The notes under the pieces are model-generated. The model made no database searches and was not told where the DNA came from. It saw nothing but the letters and a program-made list of their open reading frames with translations. Below, in pieces: positions 45,139-53,517 of a DNA stretch of 64,000 bases. Position numbers and translations under genes: made by a program. The stretch's first letter is position 1; the number at the start of each line of letters is the position of its first letter. Origin of the DNA: Candidatus Eiseniibacteriota bacterium (GTDB lineage: Bacteria; Eisenbacteria; RBG-16-71-46; CAIMUX01; VGJL01); NCBI GenBank assembly GCA_041946735.1, contig JBHGAY010000015.1, positions 16,170 through 80,169 on the forward strand, read 5' to 3'.

Positions 45139-46356
45139 ATGCCACACGCTGCCGAGGCGGGGCGCCGCGGAGCGGACGTTCGCTCGGACTGCTGGATCTC
45201 GATCACGCCCGAGTCCTCGGGCGGCGCGCGTCTCTCGATCCGGAGCAAGGTCGCTGCGATGTACGGAGGCGCAATCCAGGAGCAGATCGCGTCAGGGCTC
45301 GCGGAGCTTTCCATCCGTGACGCGACGGTCGAGGTCGAGGATGCCGGCGCGCTCCCGTGGGTCATCGCCGCTCGTCTGGAAGCGGCCGCCCGGCGCGCCT
45401 ACGGGCCAGCGCTTGCCGGGCGCCTGCTCCCTCCCGCGAGTCCCGGGGCGAGCGCGACGACGGAGCGGGAGCGCTTCCGGCGCTCGCGCCTCTACCTACC
45501 CGGCAACGAACCGAAGTTCATGGTCAACGCCGGCCTGCACGGCGCCGACGGCATCATCCTCGATCTCGAGGACTCGGTAGCGCCGGCCGAGAAGGACGCG
45601 GCGCGGCTCCTCGTCCGCAACGCGCTCCGGTCGGTCGACTTCGGCGCGTGCGAGCGGATGGTCCGGATCAACCAGCTGCCGATGGGCTTCGACGATCTCG
45701 AGGCGGTGATCCCGGAGAACGTCCACGTCGTCCTGATCCCGAAGTGCGAGTCGGCGCAGCACGTGCACGACGTGGAGGCGAAGATCCGGAGCCTCCGCCG
45801 CTCCGACGATCCGCAGGTCTTCCTGATGCCGATCCTCGAGACGGCGCTCGGAGTCTTGAACGCCTTCGAAATCGCGACGGCGAGCCGGGCGATCGTGGCA
45901 CTGACGATCGGACTGGAGGACTACACGGCGGACATCGGGACCGCGCGCACCGAGCAGGGAGCGGAGTCGCTGTGGGCACGCTCGATGGTGATCAACGCCG
46001 CGCGCGCGGCCGGCGTCGCCCCGATCGACAGCGTCTACTCGGACGTGATGAACACCGAGGGGCTGCGGGCGAGCGTCCTCGAGGCGAAGGCGCTCGGGTT
46101 CGAGGGGAAGGGCTGCATCCATCCCGGGCAGATCCGCGTGATCCACGAGGGGTTTGCCCCTACCGCGGCCGAGATCGAGCGGGCGACGAAGATCGTTCGC
46201 GCGTTCGAGGATGCCGAGGCGAAGGGGCTCGGGGTGGTGTCGCTCGGAAGCAAGATGATCGACGCCCCGGTCGTGAAGAGGGCGAACCGGACGGTTCGCC
46301 TCGCGATCCGCTCGGGGAAGCTCGCGGAGGGCTGGAGGGACGCGCAGCAGGCGTGA
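45139..46356 (+). CDS. Fusion of citrate lyase acyl-carrier subunit (CitD) and citrate lyase beta subunit (CitE, HpcH/HpaI citryl-CoA lyase)
   Basis: The N-terminal 95 aa are CitD-like (RSDCWISI around the prosthetic-group Ser; IAARLEAAARRA). A Pro/Ala linker follows, then CitE (RRSRLYLPGNEPKF...LDLEDSV...PKCES...LETALGV...IGLEDYTADIG). No internal start codon separates the two. The RBS is GGAGGTGGAGG. Confidence 0.7.
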   Translation: MPHAAEAGRRGADVRSDCWISITPESSGGARLSIRSKVAAMYGGAIQEQIASGLAELSIRDATVEVEDAGALPWVIAARLEAAARRAYGPALAGRLLPPASPGASATTERERFRRSRLYLPGNEPKFMVNAGLHGADGIILDLEDSVAPAEKDAARLLVRNALRSVDFGACERMVRINQLPMGFDDLEAVIPENVHVVLIPKCESAQHVHDVEAKIRSLRRSDDPQVFLMPILETALGVLNAFEIATASRAIVALTIGLEDYTADIGTARTEQGAESLWARSMVINAARAAGVAPIDSVYSDVMNTEGLRASVLEAKALGFEGKGCIHPGQIRVIHEGFAPTAAEIERATKIVRAFEDAEAKGLGVVSLGSKMIDAPVVKRANRTVRLAIRSGKLAEGWRDAQQA

Positions 46357-46414
46357 ATCGGCTCGCGGCCGGCTGCCCGCAGGGGGGGAGGGGCCGGAGG
46401 GGGAGAGGGAAGCG

Positions 46415-47974
46415 ATGGCGCAGAAGCTGGTCAAGAATGCGGTAGGTCGGGAAGTCCCGGTCGAGATCAACGGAGAGCCTGCGGTCGCCTACCAGGGGGT
46501 CGGGAAAGACCGGCCGTCCGGACGGCGCGCGGCGCCGCCGATCGCCACCTGCGCGGACTATCCGGCCGACGGGAACAAGATCGTGCCCGATCTGCGCGCG
46601 GCGCTCGAGAAGGCCGGGCTGCGCGACGGGATGACGATTTCGACGCACCACCACTTCCGCAACGGCGACCTGGTCGGGAACCGCGTGTTCGACATCGCGG
46701 CCGAGATGGGCGTGAAAGACCTGCGGTGGTTCCCGAGCGCCTCGTTCCCTTGCCACGCGCCGATGATCCGGCATCTCGAGAGCGGCGTGATCCATCACAT
46801 CGAGGGGTCGATGAACGGTCCGCTCGGCGACTACACCTCGCAGGGGAAGATGCGCGGCATGGCGGTGCTCCGCTCGCACGGCGGCCGCTATCAGGCGATC
46901 CAGGACGGCGAGGTCCATGTCGACATCGCCGTCATCGCGGCGCCGGAGGCCGACCCGTTCGGCAACGCGAACGGCCTCCATGGCCCATCAGCCTGCGGCG
47001 GCCTCGGGTTTGCCGTTGCCGACGCGGAGTACGCCGATCGCGTCGTGGTCGTCACCGACAACCTGGTCCCGTTCCCGTGCGTGCCGTGGCAGATCAGCGG
47101 CAACCGCGTCGACTCGGTCGTCGTCGTCGACCGGATCGGCGACCCGGCGCAGATCGTCTCCGGGACGACGCAGATCACCCGCAGCCCGGACCGGCTGCTG
47201 ATCGCCGAGATGGTCGCCCGCTTCCTGGACGCGTCCGGGATTCTGCGCGATGGCTTCTCCTTCCAGGCAGGGGCCGGCGGGACGGCACTCGCCTTCGCGA
47301 TCTACCTAAAGGAGATGATGAAGGAGCGGGGGATCCGGGCCCGCTTCATCCGGGGAGGCTCGACGAAGTACCTGGTCGAGATGCTCGAGGAGGGGTTGAC
47401 CGATTACATCCTCGACGGGCAGACCTTCGACCTCTTCGGCGTGCGCTCGATGGGGACGAACCCGCGCCACGTGAACACGACGCCGTTCACCTCCTACAAC
47501 TATCACGGCAAGGGGAACTTCGCCTCGATGGTCGACGCGGTCGTGCTCGGAGCGACGGAAGTGGACGTCCACTTCCACGCGAACGTCGTCACCCACTCCG
47601 ATGGCCGCCTGCTCCACGGAATCGGTGGATGGCAGAACTGCCTGTTCTCCGGATGCACGATCCTCGCGCTCCCTTCGTTCCGCGATCGCATCCCGGTGAT
47701 CCTCGATTCCGTGACCACGTTGTGCGGCCCCGGCGAGCTGATCGACGTGATCGTCACGGAGCGCGGGATCGCGATCAATCCGCGCCGGACCGACCTGCTC
47801 GATGCCGTCCGTGGAAGCGATCTCCCGATCCGCATGATCGAGGAGATCCAGGCGGACGTCGACCGGATCTGCGGCGGGCGCCCGACGAAGGCGAGGATGG
47901 GGGAGAAGGTCGTCGCGGCGATCAAGTGGGTCGACGGGACGGTGATCGACTCGGTGAGGCAGGTGCTCGCGTAG
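46415..47974 (+). CDS. citF: Citrate lyase alpha subunit (citrate CoA-transferase, CitF)
   Basis: 519 aa with CitF-family motifs throughout (DGMTISTHHHFRNGD, SMNGPLGDY, GGWQNC). It lies immediately downstream of the citDE fusion. Confidence 0.8.
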   Translation: MAQKLVKNAVGREVPVEINGEPAVAYQGVGKDRPSGRRAAPPIATCADYPADGNKIVPDLRAALEKAGLRDGMTISTHHHFRNGDLVGNRVFDIAAEMGVKDLRWFPSASFPCHAPMIRHLESGVIHHIEGSMNGPLGDYTSQGKMRGMAVLRSHGGRYQAIQDGEVHVDIAVIAAPEADPFGNANGLHGPSACGGLGFAVADAEYADRVVVVTDNLVPFPCVPWQISGNRVDSVVVVDRIGDPAQIVSGTTQITRSPDRLLIAEMVARFLDASGILRDGFSFQAGAGGTALAFAIYLKEMMKERGIRARFIRGGSTKYLVEMLEEGLTDYILDGQTFDLFGVRSMGTNPRHVNTTPFTSYNYHGKGNFASMVDAVVLGATEVDVHFHANVVTHSDGRLLHGIGGWQNCLFSGCTILALPSFRDRIPVILDSVTTLCGPGELIDVIVTERGIAINPRRTDLLDAVRGSDLPIRMIEEIQADVDRICGGRPTKARMGEKVVAAIKWVDGTVIDSVRQVLA

Positions 47975-48012
47975 CCGCGCCGCGCCGCACCGGGACGCGG
48001 GAGGAGCGCCAG

Positions 48013-49053
48013 ATGCCTGGCCGTCCGGGATTCCGGTTTCCGCTCGCAGCCTTGGCGTGCGCTGCCTGCCTCCTTGCCTGTGTTCCCGGCCCGCCGGCTG
48101 CGCGCGCCGATTCGACGATCGAGCTGCGCCGCTCTCCCCTCGTCGACCTCGAGTCCTACCTGCGGGCGCTGGCCGGCGAAGGCGACTCGCTTCTCCCGTC
48201 CGATCTGCCGGGGATCGCGCCGGCCGTCGAGCGGGTCCGGGCGCTGGATCGCGCGCTCGGCAGCCCTCTCGCCTGGGGCGCGCTCGAAGGCAACCTCGTC
48301 GGGGTCGAGACGGCGGCCGAGGCGCGCGAGCGGTTCACGAGCCTTCCCGAGAGCGCGATGGTCGCTCCCGGCCGCAAGCTCGCGATCCGGGCAGAGGCGC
48401 TTGCGCTCGCGGATCACCTTGCGGCGCTCGAGCCGGCGTTCCTCGTCTCCGTCTGGCCCGAGCATCAGGTCGCGATCGATCGCGCCTGCCTGCAGATCGA
48501 GCGGGACCTGCTGCCGCGGCAGCAGGAGTGCTTCGCGCGGATCGAGGCCGACCTCGGACTTACGCCATCCCCCGAGCCGATACCGGTCTATCTGGTCGCG
48601 CGGTCTCCCTGGCCGCACGGCGTCACGCACCGGACCCATCAGGGTGGGGGTGTCTGCTGGATCGGCGCCGACGGCGACTCGGGAGGACTCCTGATCGAGA
48701 CGATCCTGCACGAAGCGACCCACGCCCTCGACGTTCGTTCGCGCGAAGGCGTCCTCGCCGAGCTGCGCGCGAGGCTCGCCGCCTCGCCCCTGCAGGGCAG
48801 CCCTTCGCGGCAGCGGGACATTGCGCACACGCTGATCTTCGTGGAGGCAGCCGAGACGGTGCGCCGCGTGCTCGACCCGCAGCACATCGATTATGGAGAG
48901 GCCTCGGGCTACTATGCGCGCGTCGGGCGGGTGGCCGAAGTCGAAAGGACGATCTGGCGTCAGCACCTCGATGGACGCGTGAGCCGCGAGCAGGCGATCG
49001 CGGCGATCGTCGACAGCCTTGCGCCGGCGCTCGCCTCTCCTGTGGGGCAGTGA
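48013..49053 (+). CDS. Hypothetical lipoprotein with an HExxH motif; a putative zinc metallopeptidase-like protein
   Basis: GGGAGGAG is the RBS. The signal and lipobox read LLACVPG. HEATHALD lies in a helical context. No confident family was recognised. Confidence 0.5.
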   Translation: MPGRPGFRFPLAALACAACLLACVPGPPAARADSTIELRRSPLVDLESYLRALAGEGDSLLPSDLPGIAPAVERVRALDRALGSPLAWGALEGNLVGVETAAEARERFTSLPESAMVAPGRKLAIRAEALALADHLAALEPAFLVSVWPEHQVAIDRACLQIERDLLPRQQECFARIEADLGLTPSPEPIPVYLVARSPWPHGVTHRTHQGGGVCWIGADGDSGGLLIETILHEATHALDVRSREGVLAELRARLAASPLQGSPSRQRDIAHTLIFVEAAETVRRVLDPQHIDYGEASGYYARVGRVAEVERTIWRQHLDGRVSREQAIAAIVDSLAPALASPVGQ

Positions 49054-49170
49054 GTGGGGCAGTGAGTGCGAAACAGCCCGACGAAGCAGAGCGAGAGGCT
49101 CCCGGCGCCGTCAGCGCCAGGAGCCTCTCACTCTCAGTCGGCAGGTCGGACGAAGCGGATCACGCCTCGG

Positions 49171-50403
49171 CTACATCTTCTCGGCGTGCTCCCCTTGCGC
49201 CTGCGCCTGCGGTTGGGCCGGACCCTTGCCTTCGAGCAGGTAGGCGATCTCCGCGTCGAGCGTCTCCTCGCCTCCCTCGGCGAAGCCGAGATGGCGGAAG
49301 ATCACCCGCCCGTCGCGATCGATGACGAGGTTGTACGGCACGCCCTCGAGCGAGTAGAGGTCGTGCATCTTCTTGTCGACATCGAGAACGATCGGGAAGG
49401 TCGCGCCCACCTTCTGCACGAACTCCCTTGCGAGCTGCGGGCGGTTGGTGGTCTCCACCGAGAGGATCGTGAAGTCGTCGCCGCCGCGCCGCGCGTAGAT
49501 CTGCTGCAGGTGTGGATACTCCACACGGCAGGCGCCTCAGGTCGGATGCCAGAAGTTCAGCAGCACGACCTTCCCGCGAAGCGATGAGAGCGACAACGGC
49601 GTGCCGTCGGCGAGGGTCGGAAGGGTGAAGTCCGGGGCTTCGAATGCGTTCGCAGCGCGCGTCGCTTGGATCGAAGCATCGACATCCGCCATTGATTCGC
49701 CCTTCTCCGCGACGATCTTCTCCAGATTCTGCCGGAGCTTCGGGCTCTCCTGATGCCCGAGCAATGCGACGTAGATCTCGCGCGCCTCGTCGTCCCGTCC
49801 GGCCGCATCGAGGATCAGCGCGGCGTGCTCCTCGATCTCGTCGATCGGCTGGCCGTAGATCTTGCGCGCCTCGAGAATCGGTTCGGCCGCCGCCGCGGCG
49901 TCTCCCTTCTTGTAGAGAGCCCATGCATAACTGTCGAGCACCGAGGCGATGCCGTTGGAGTCCCCCTCCGCCCGCGCCTTCGCGACCCCCTTCTCGAGGA
50001 TCGGAACCGCGAGGTCGAGATGCTGCTCGCGCTCGGCGAGATCCCAGCCGACCGAGTTGTAGGGCGCGGCCGAAGGGAAGTCAGTCTTCAGGAACTGCTG
50101 CAAGGTAGATTGCACCGACTCGGGTCGATGCTCCAGCTCGAGGGGGACGAGTCGCGCATACGCCTCCGCCGCCTGCTCGCTGTGAGGATGCTCCTTCAGA
50201 AACTGCTCGAGCGCCGCCATCCTGGCCGATTCGTCTTCGAGGCCGGCCGCTTGTGCGTATACCGCGCTGTCGGCAGCCGCACTGCCCGTTCCGCCCGCCG
50301 TTCGGTTCTCCCCGGAGCAACCGGCGAAGAGCGGGACAGCGAGCAGAGTCGTGAGCGCGGCCCCGACGATCCATCTCCATTGTTCGACACGCGTCATTTC
50401 CAC
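49171..50403 (-). CDS. TlpA/ResA-like thiol:disulfide oxidoreductase lipoprotein with a TPR-like N-domain; a candidate selenoprotein with in-frame TGA at 49537-49539 (U-G-A-C motif), or alternatively a pseudogene
   Basis: Two track ORFs, 49537..50403 and 49171..49524, are in the same frame and separated only by a TGA. Read through it gives ...KVVLLNFWHPT-U-GACRVEYPHLQQIYARRGGDDFTILSVE..., which is the thioredoxin-fold W-C-x-x-C motif with its first Cys codon replaced by UGA. A 7-bp-stem hairpin GUGUGGA-GUA-UCCACAC lies 10 nt downstream with G and U in the apical loop, which is bSECIS-like. Confidence 0.55.
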
Positions 50404-50776
50404 CTCTCGTTTTGTTGCCTTCGACAGCGTCCCGTAGCAGGTCCCGACGCCACCGGCCGGCCGTTACGAACCTGGCATTCTAGCCGCTTCCTCGCGCTCC
50501 CGTCATCCGATCCTTCCGCGAATCGGCCGAGACGGATGACTCGGACGTTCCTGCTCTCCGGTCTTTGAACCGGGTTCGCGGTTGCCGGGAGGAGTTTCTT
50601 CCCGGGTGGGTGAAATCGTATCGCTCCCGCGCGCGCTTCGCGGTCGCGTGACGCTGCCAGGGAAAGAGACACGTGCCACAGACCGGCAAGAAGAGCGCCA
50701 GACCTTCTCGGGAAGGCCTGGCGCGAGGTTGCTCGAGTGTTGGAAGGAGGGTGGGTGGGGGTCAGTGAACTCCTTG

Positions 50777-51154
50777 TCAGTTGTTCTGCGCTTTCTCGGC
50801 CTTCTCCTGGCACTTCAGACAGAAGCGGGCGTAGGGCAGCACTTCCAGGCGCCGTTCGGCGATCGGCTTGCCGCACCATTCGCACAGCCCGTAGATTCCC
50901 TCGTCGATGCGTCGGATCGCTTCCTCGATCTCGTTCAGCAGGCGGCCTTGCGCGTCGACCATCAAGTAATCGGACTCACGGTCGGCCTCTTCGGTCGCGG
51001 CCTCCGCCATATGACTCGCGAAGGCGCCGCCCTCCTCGAGGTACGCCTGGGAACGCTCCGTCGCCGACTTCTTCATCTGACCCAGGAGACGTCCTCTCTG
51101 TCCCAGCTCGTCCAGCAACCGCTGGCGGATACGCAAGGTGGTGTTGGCGTCCAT
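50777..51154 (-). CDS. DksA/TraR-family C4 zinc-finger protein
   Basis: It starts MDANTTLRIRQRLLDE with GAGGAGGA as the RBS. The coiled-coil is followed by CEWCGKPI...CLKCQ. The upstream 45 aa of the track ORF are rejected. Confidence 0.8.
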   Translation of the reverse strand: MDANTTLRIRQRLLDELGQRGRLLGQMKKSATERSQAYLEEGGAFASHMAEAATEEADRESDYLMVDAQGRLLNEIEEAIRRIDEGIYGLCEWCGKPIAERRLEVLPYARFCLKCQEKAEKAQNN

Positions 51155-51468
51155 CGTTCTATCCTCCTCGCCCGGGCGACACCGGCGCGTTTGCTTCGGC
51201 CTCTCGGTGGCGGGTCTTCCTGGCCCGGCACCCGTCGCCGGCCGGCCATTTTCTTTCGAAGTCCGTGTATGTACCTTCATTCGCTTCACAAGGTCCCGGG
51301 ATTTTCCCCTTCCTTCTGCAAGATGGGGGCCAGGATGGCGCGGGGCCGCGAGCGGTAGCGGTGTGCTGCCCCATCCGGGTATCTTGGTGCCGGATCGACG
51401 GATCGGAGAGGACCGCGGCGGGATGACGATTGCATGAAGGTCCCACAGGTACAGGGCGGGAGGGTCGA

Positions 51469-51873
51469 ATGTACACAGTCACACGGAAGCACTCCTTTTC
51501 CTACGGCCACCGCCTGCGCGAACACCCGGGCAACTGCTCGCGCTTGCACGGGCACAATGGTGTCCTCTTCGTCACGGTCGGCTCCGACGCGCTCGACGGC
51601 GGCGGGATGGTCGTCGACTTCCACGAGATCAAGCGAACGGTCGCGCGATGGGTCGACGACACGCTCGACCATCGCCTCGTACTGCAGCGTGGCGATCCGG
51701 CGGCTGCTCTTCTCCAGGAGGCTGGCGAGGAGATCCGGGTGGTCGACTTCGAACCCACCGCGGAGAACCTGGCCCGTCACGTCTACGAGGCTCTGACGGC
51801 GCTCGGCCTGCCGGTCCGCGAGATCGTGTTCGAGGAGACGGAGAACTGCCGCGCCTGCTACCGCCCGGGCTGA
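51469..51873 (+). CDS. queD: 6-carboxy-5,6,7,8-tetrahydropterin synthase (QueD / PTPS family)
   Basis: MYTVTRKHSFSYGHRL...CSRLHGHN carries the Zn-binding and catalytic motifs. GGGAGGG is the RBS. Confidence 0.8.
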   Translation: MYTVTRKHSFSYGHRLREHPGNCSRLHGHNGVLFVTVGSDALDGGGMVVDFHEIKRTVARWVDDTLDHRLVLQRGDPAAALLQEAGEEIRVVDFEPTAENLARHVYEALTALGLPVREIVFEETENCRACYRPG

Positions 51874-53348
51874 GCCGACCCGGCCGCGGCCGGCGGAGGT
51901 GCGGCGCGCAAGGCGGGGATGCGGGAGGCGAACCAACCGGCGCCGACCAGGCAAGCGATGCCGCCGAGCCGGACCGACCAGGGCGCGCCGAAGTGCTGCG
52001 CGACGAACCCCGCGAGGAACGAGCCGATCGGAGCGACGCCGACCAGCGTGAAGCTGTAGATGCTCAGCACCCGCCCGCGGATGGCGTCGGGACTGACCCG
52101 CTGCAGGTAAGTGTTGGTCGTGGCGAGCTGCGTGATCATCGCGCCGCCGGTCAAGACCAGGATCACCAGACTGAGCGCGAAGACCCGGGAGAAGGAGAGC
52201 AGGATCAGGCTCGTCCCGAACAGGCCGAGGCCGATCGTGATCAGCCGGGCCGACCCGCGCGTGCTGCTGCGCGCCGCGAGGCGCAGGGCGCTCGTCACCG
52301 CTCCCACTCCGAAGGCGCCCATCAGCAGCCCATAGCCTCTCGCACCCTGGTGGAGGATCTCGTCTGCGAAGACCGGAAGCAGGATGGTGAACGACATTCC
52401 GAAGATGCTGCTGATCGCGACGGCGAGGAGAACGGCGCGGACGCGGACCGTCCGCAAGACGAACGAGAATCCCTCGCTCAGCTCGTGAAGGACGGGCCGG
52501 TGGGGACGTGCCCGCGGCTTCTCGAGCCGCATAGCGAGCAGGCCCGCGATCACGGGGAGGAAGGAAAGGCCGTTGACCAGGAAGCAGACCGCCTCGCCGG
52601 TCGCCGCGATCACGAGCCCCGCGACTGCGGGCCCGACCACGCGGGCGGCGTTGAAGACCGAGGAGTTGAGAGCGATGGCGTTGAAGAGGTCGTCCTCCCC
52701 GACCATCTCGATCACGAACGCTTGGCGGGCTGGCATGTCGAAGGCATTGACGATCCCCAGGCAGAAGGCGATGACCGCGACGTGATAGACGGTCACCACA
52801 TCGGAGAAGGTGAGAGCTGAAAGGACGAGCGCCAGCGTCATCGCGGAGAACTGCGTGGCGACGAGCAGCCGGCGTTTCGGCACCCGGTCCGCGACGACCC
52901 CAGCCAAGAACGAGAAGAGGAAGACCGGCAGGAACGCGGCGGCGCCGACGATTCCTAGCCAGATCGGCTCGCTCGTCAGGCGATGGACGAGCCACCACTG
53001 GGCGGCCCCCTGCATCCATGTGCCGATCAGGGAAATGAGCTGCCCGAACCAGAAGAGGCGGAAATTGCGGTGGCGGAGCGCCCGGAACGTCGCGCGTGCG
53101 CCGGCCAGGAGCGGGCGCGGCGGCTCGGGCGTCGGAGCCGGAGCGGAAATCGGATTCGCCGGCGCGACCGCCGGCATGCGGACCGACCGTGAGACGTCGG
53201 CAGCCGAGTGCGAAGACGGCGACGGCGACGGTGATGGCGATGGCGAGGGTGACTGCAACGGTGACGGGGAGGGTGATGGCGACGGCGAGGTGCGGCCCGG
53301 CGCTTCGTTCCGTTCCCCGCCCCGCTGTCCCTTCCCGCCGTCCACCAT
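51858..53348 (-). CDS. MFS transporter (enterobactin-exporter EntS-like family) with a Ser-Pro repeat N-terminal extension; start uncertain between 53177 and 53372
   Basis: 12 TM helices with MFS motifs. GGGGAGG lies 10 nt before the ATG at 53348. If that start is used, the N-terminal tail contains (SP)n. It converges on queD and overlaps it by 16 bp. Confidence 0.7.
   Translation of the reverse strand: MVDGGKGQRGGERNEAPGRTSPSPSPSPSPLQSPSPSPSPSPSPSSHSAADVSRSVRMPAVAPANPISAPAPTPEPPRPLLAGARATFRALRHRNFRLFWFGQLISLIGTWMQGAAQWWLVHRLTSEPIWLGIVGAAAFLPVFLFSFLAGVVADRVPKRRLLVATQFSAMTLALVLSALTFSDVVTVYHVAVIAFCLGIVNAFDMPARQAFVIEMVGEDDLFNAIALNSSVFNAARVVGPAVAGLVIAATGEAVCFLVNGLSFLPVIAGLLAMRLEKPRARPHRPVLHELSEGFSFVLRTVRVRAVLLAVAISSIFGMSFTILLPVFADEILHQGARGYGLLMGAFGVGAVTSALRLAARSSTRGSARLITIGLGLFGTSLILLSFSRVFALSLVILVLTGGAMITQLATTNTYLQRVSPDAIRGRVLSIYSFTLVGVAPIGSFLAGFVAQHFGAPWSVRLGGIACLVGAGWFASRIPALRAAPPPAAAGSAQPGR
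53214..53289. repeat. Hexanucleotide microsatellite (GAYGGY)n of about 13 units, which encodes the (SP)n tract on the minus strand
   Basis: gacggcgacggcgacggtgatggcgatggcgagggtgactgcaacggtgacggggagggtgatggcgacggcgag seen directly. Confidence 0.7.
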
Positions 53349-53517
53349 GTTGTCCGCCGCCTCCCCACGCATGATGGGTGCATTGTAGCGGCATGGCCGG
53401 CGTCGATGGAGCGGCGAAGCAGTCGGATCCTGGGGCGGAGGAGGCGGATCCGCAGGCGGATCTGCTGGGGCGCCGGCGCAGGTGGGGAGAGGCGAGCGAC
53501 GGCTCCGGGAAGGGGGT

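Noticed and set aside
45139-47974. ATP-citrate lyase (reductive TCA) interpretation
   Set aside because: The subunits are CitD/CitE/CitF-type (ACP-dependent citrate lyase). They are not AclA/AclB with ATP-grasp and CoA-ligase domains.
49537-49539. Treating the TGA as a simple stop that separates two genes
   Set aside because: The downstream ORF would start mid-domain, with no RBS, inside a thioredoxin fold, and the TGA sits exactly at the catalytic Cys position. Read-through as Sec, or a pseudogene, is the better call.
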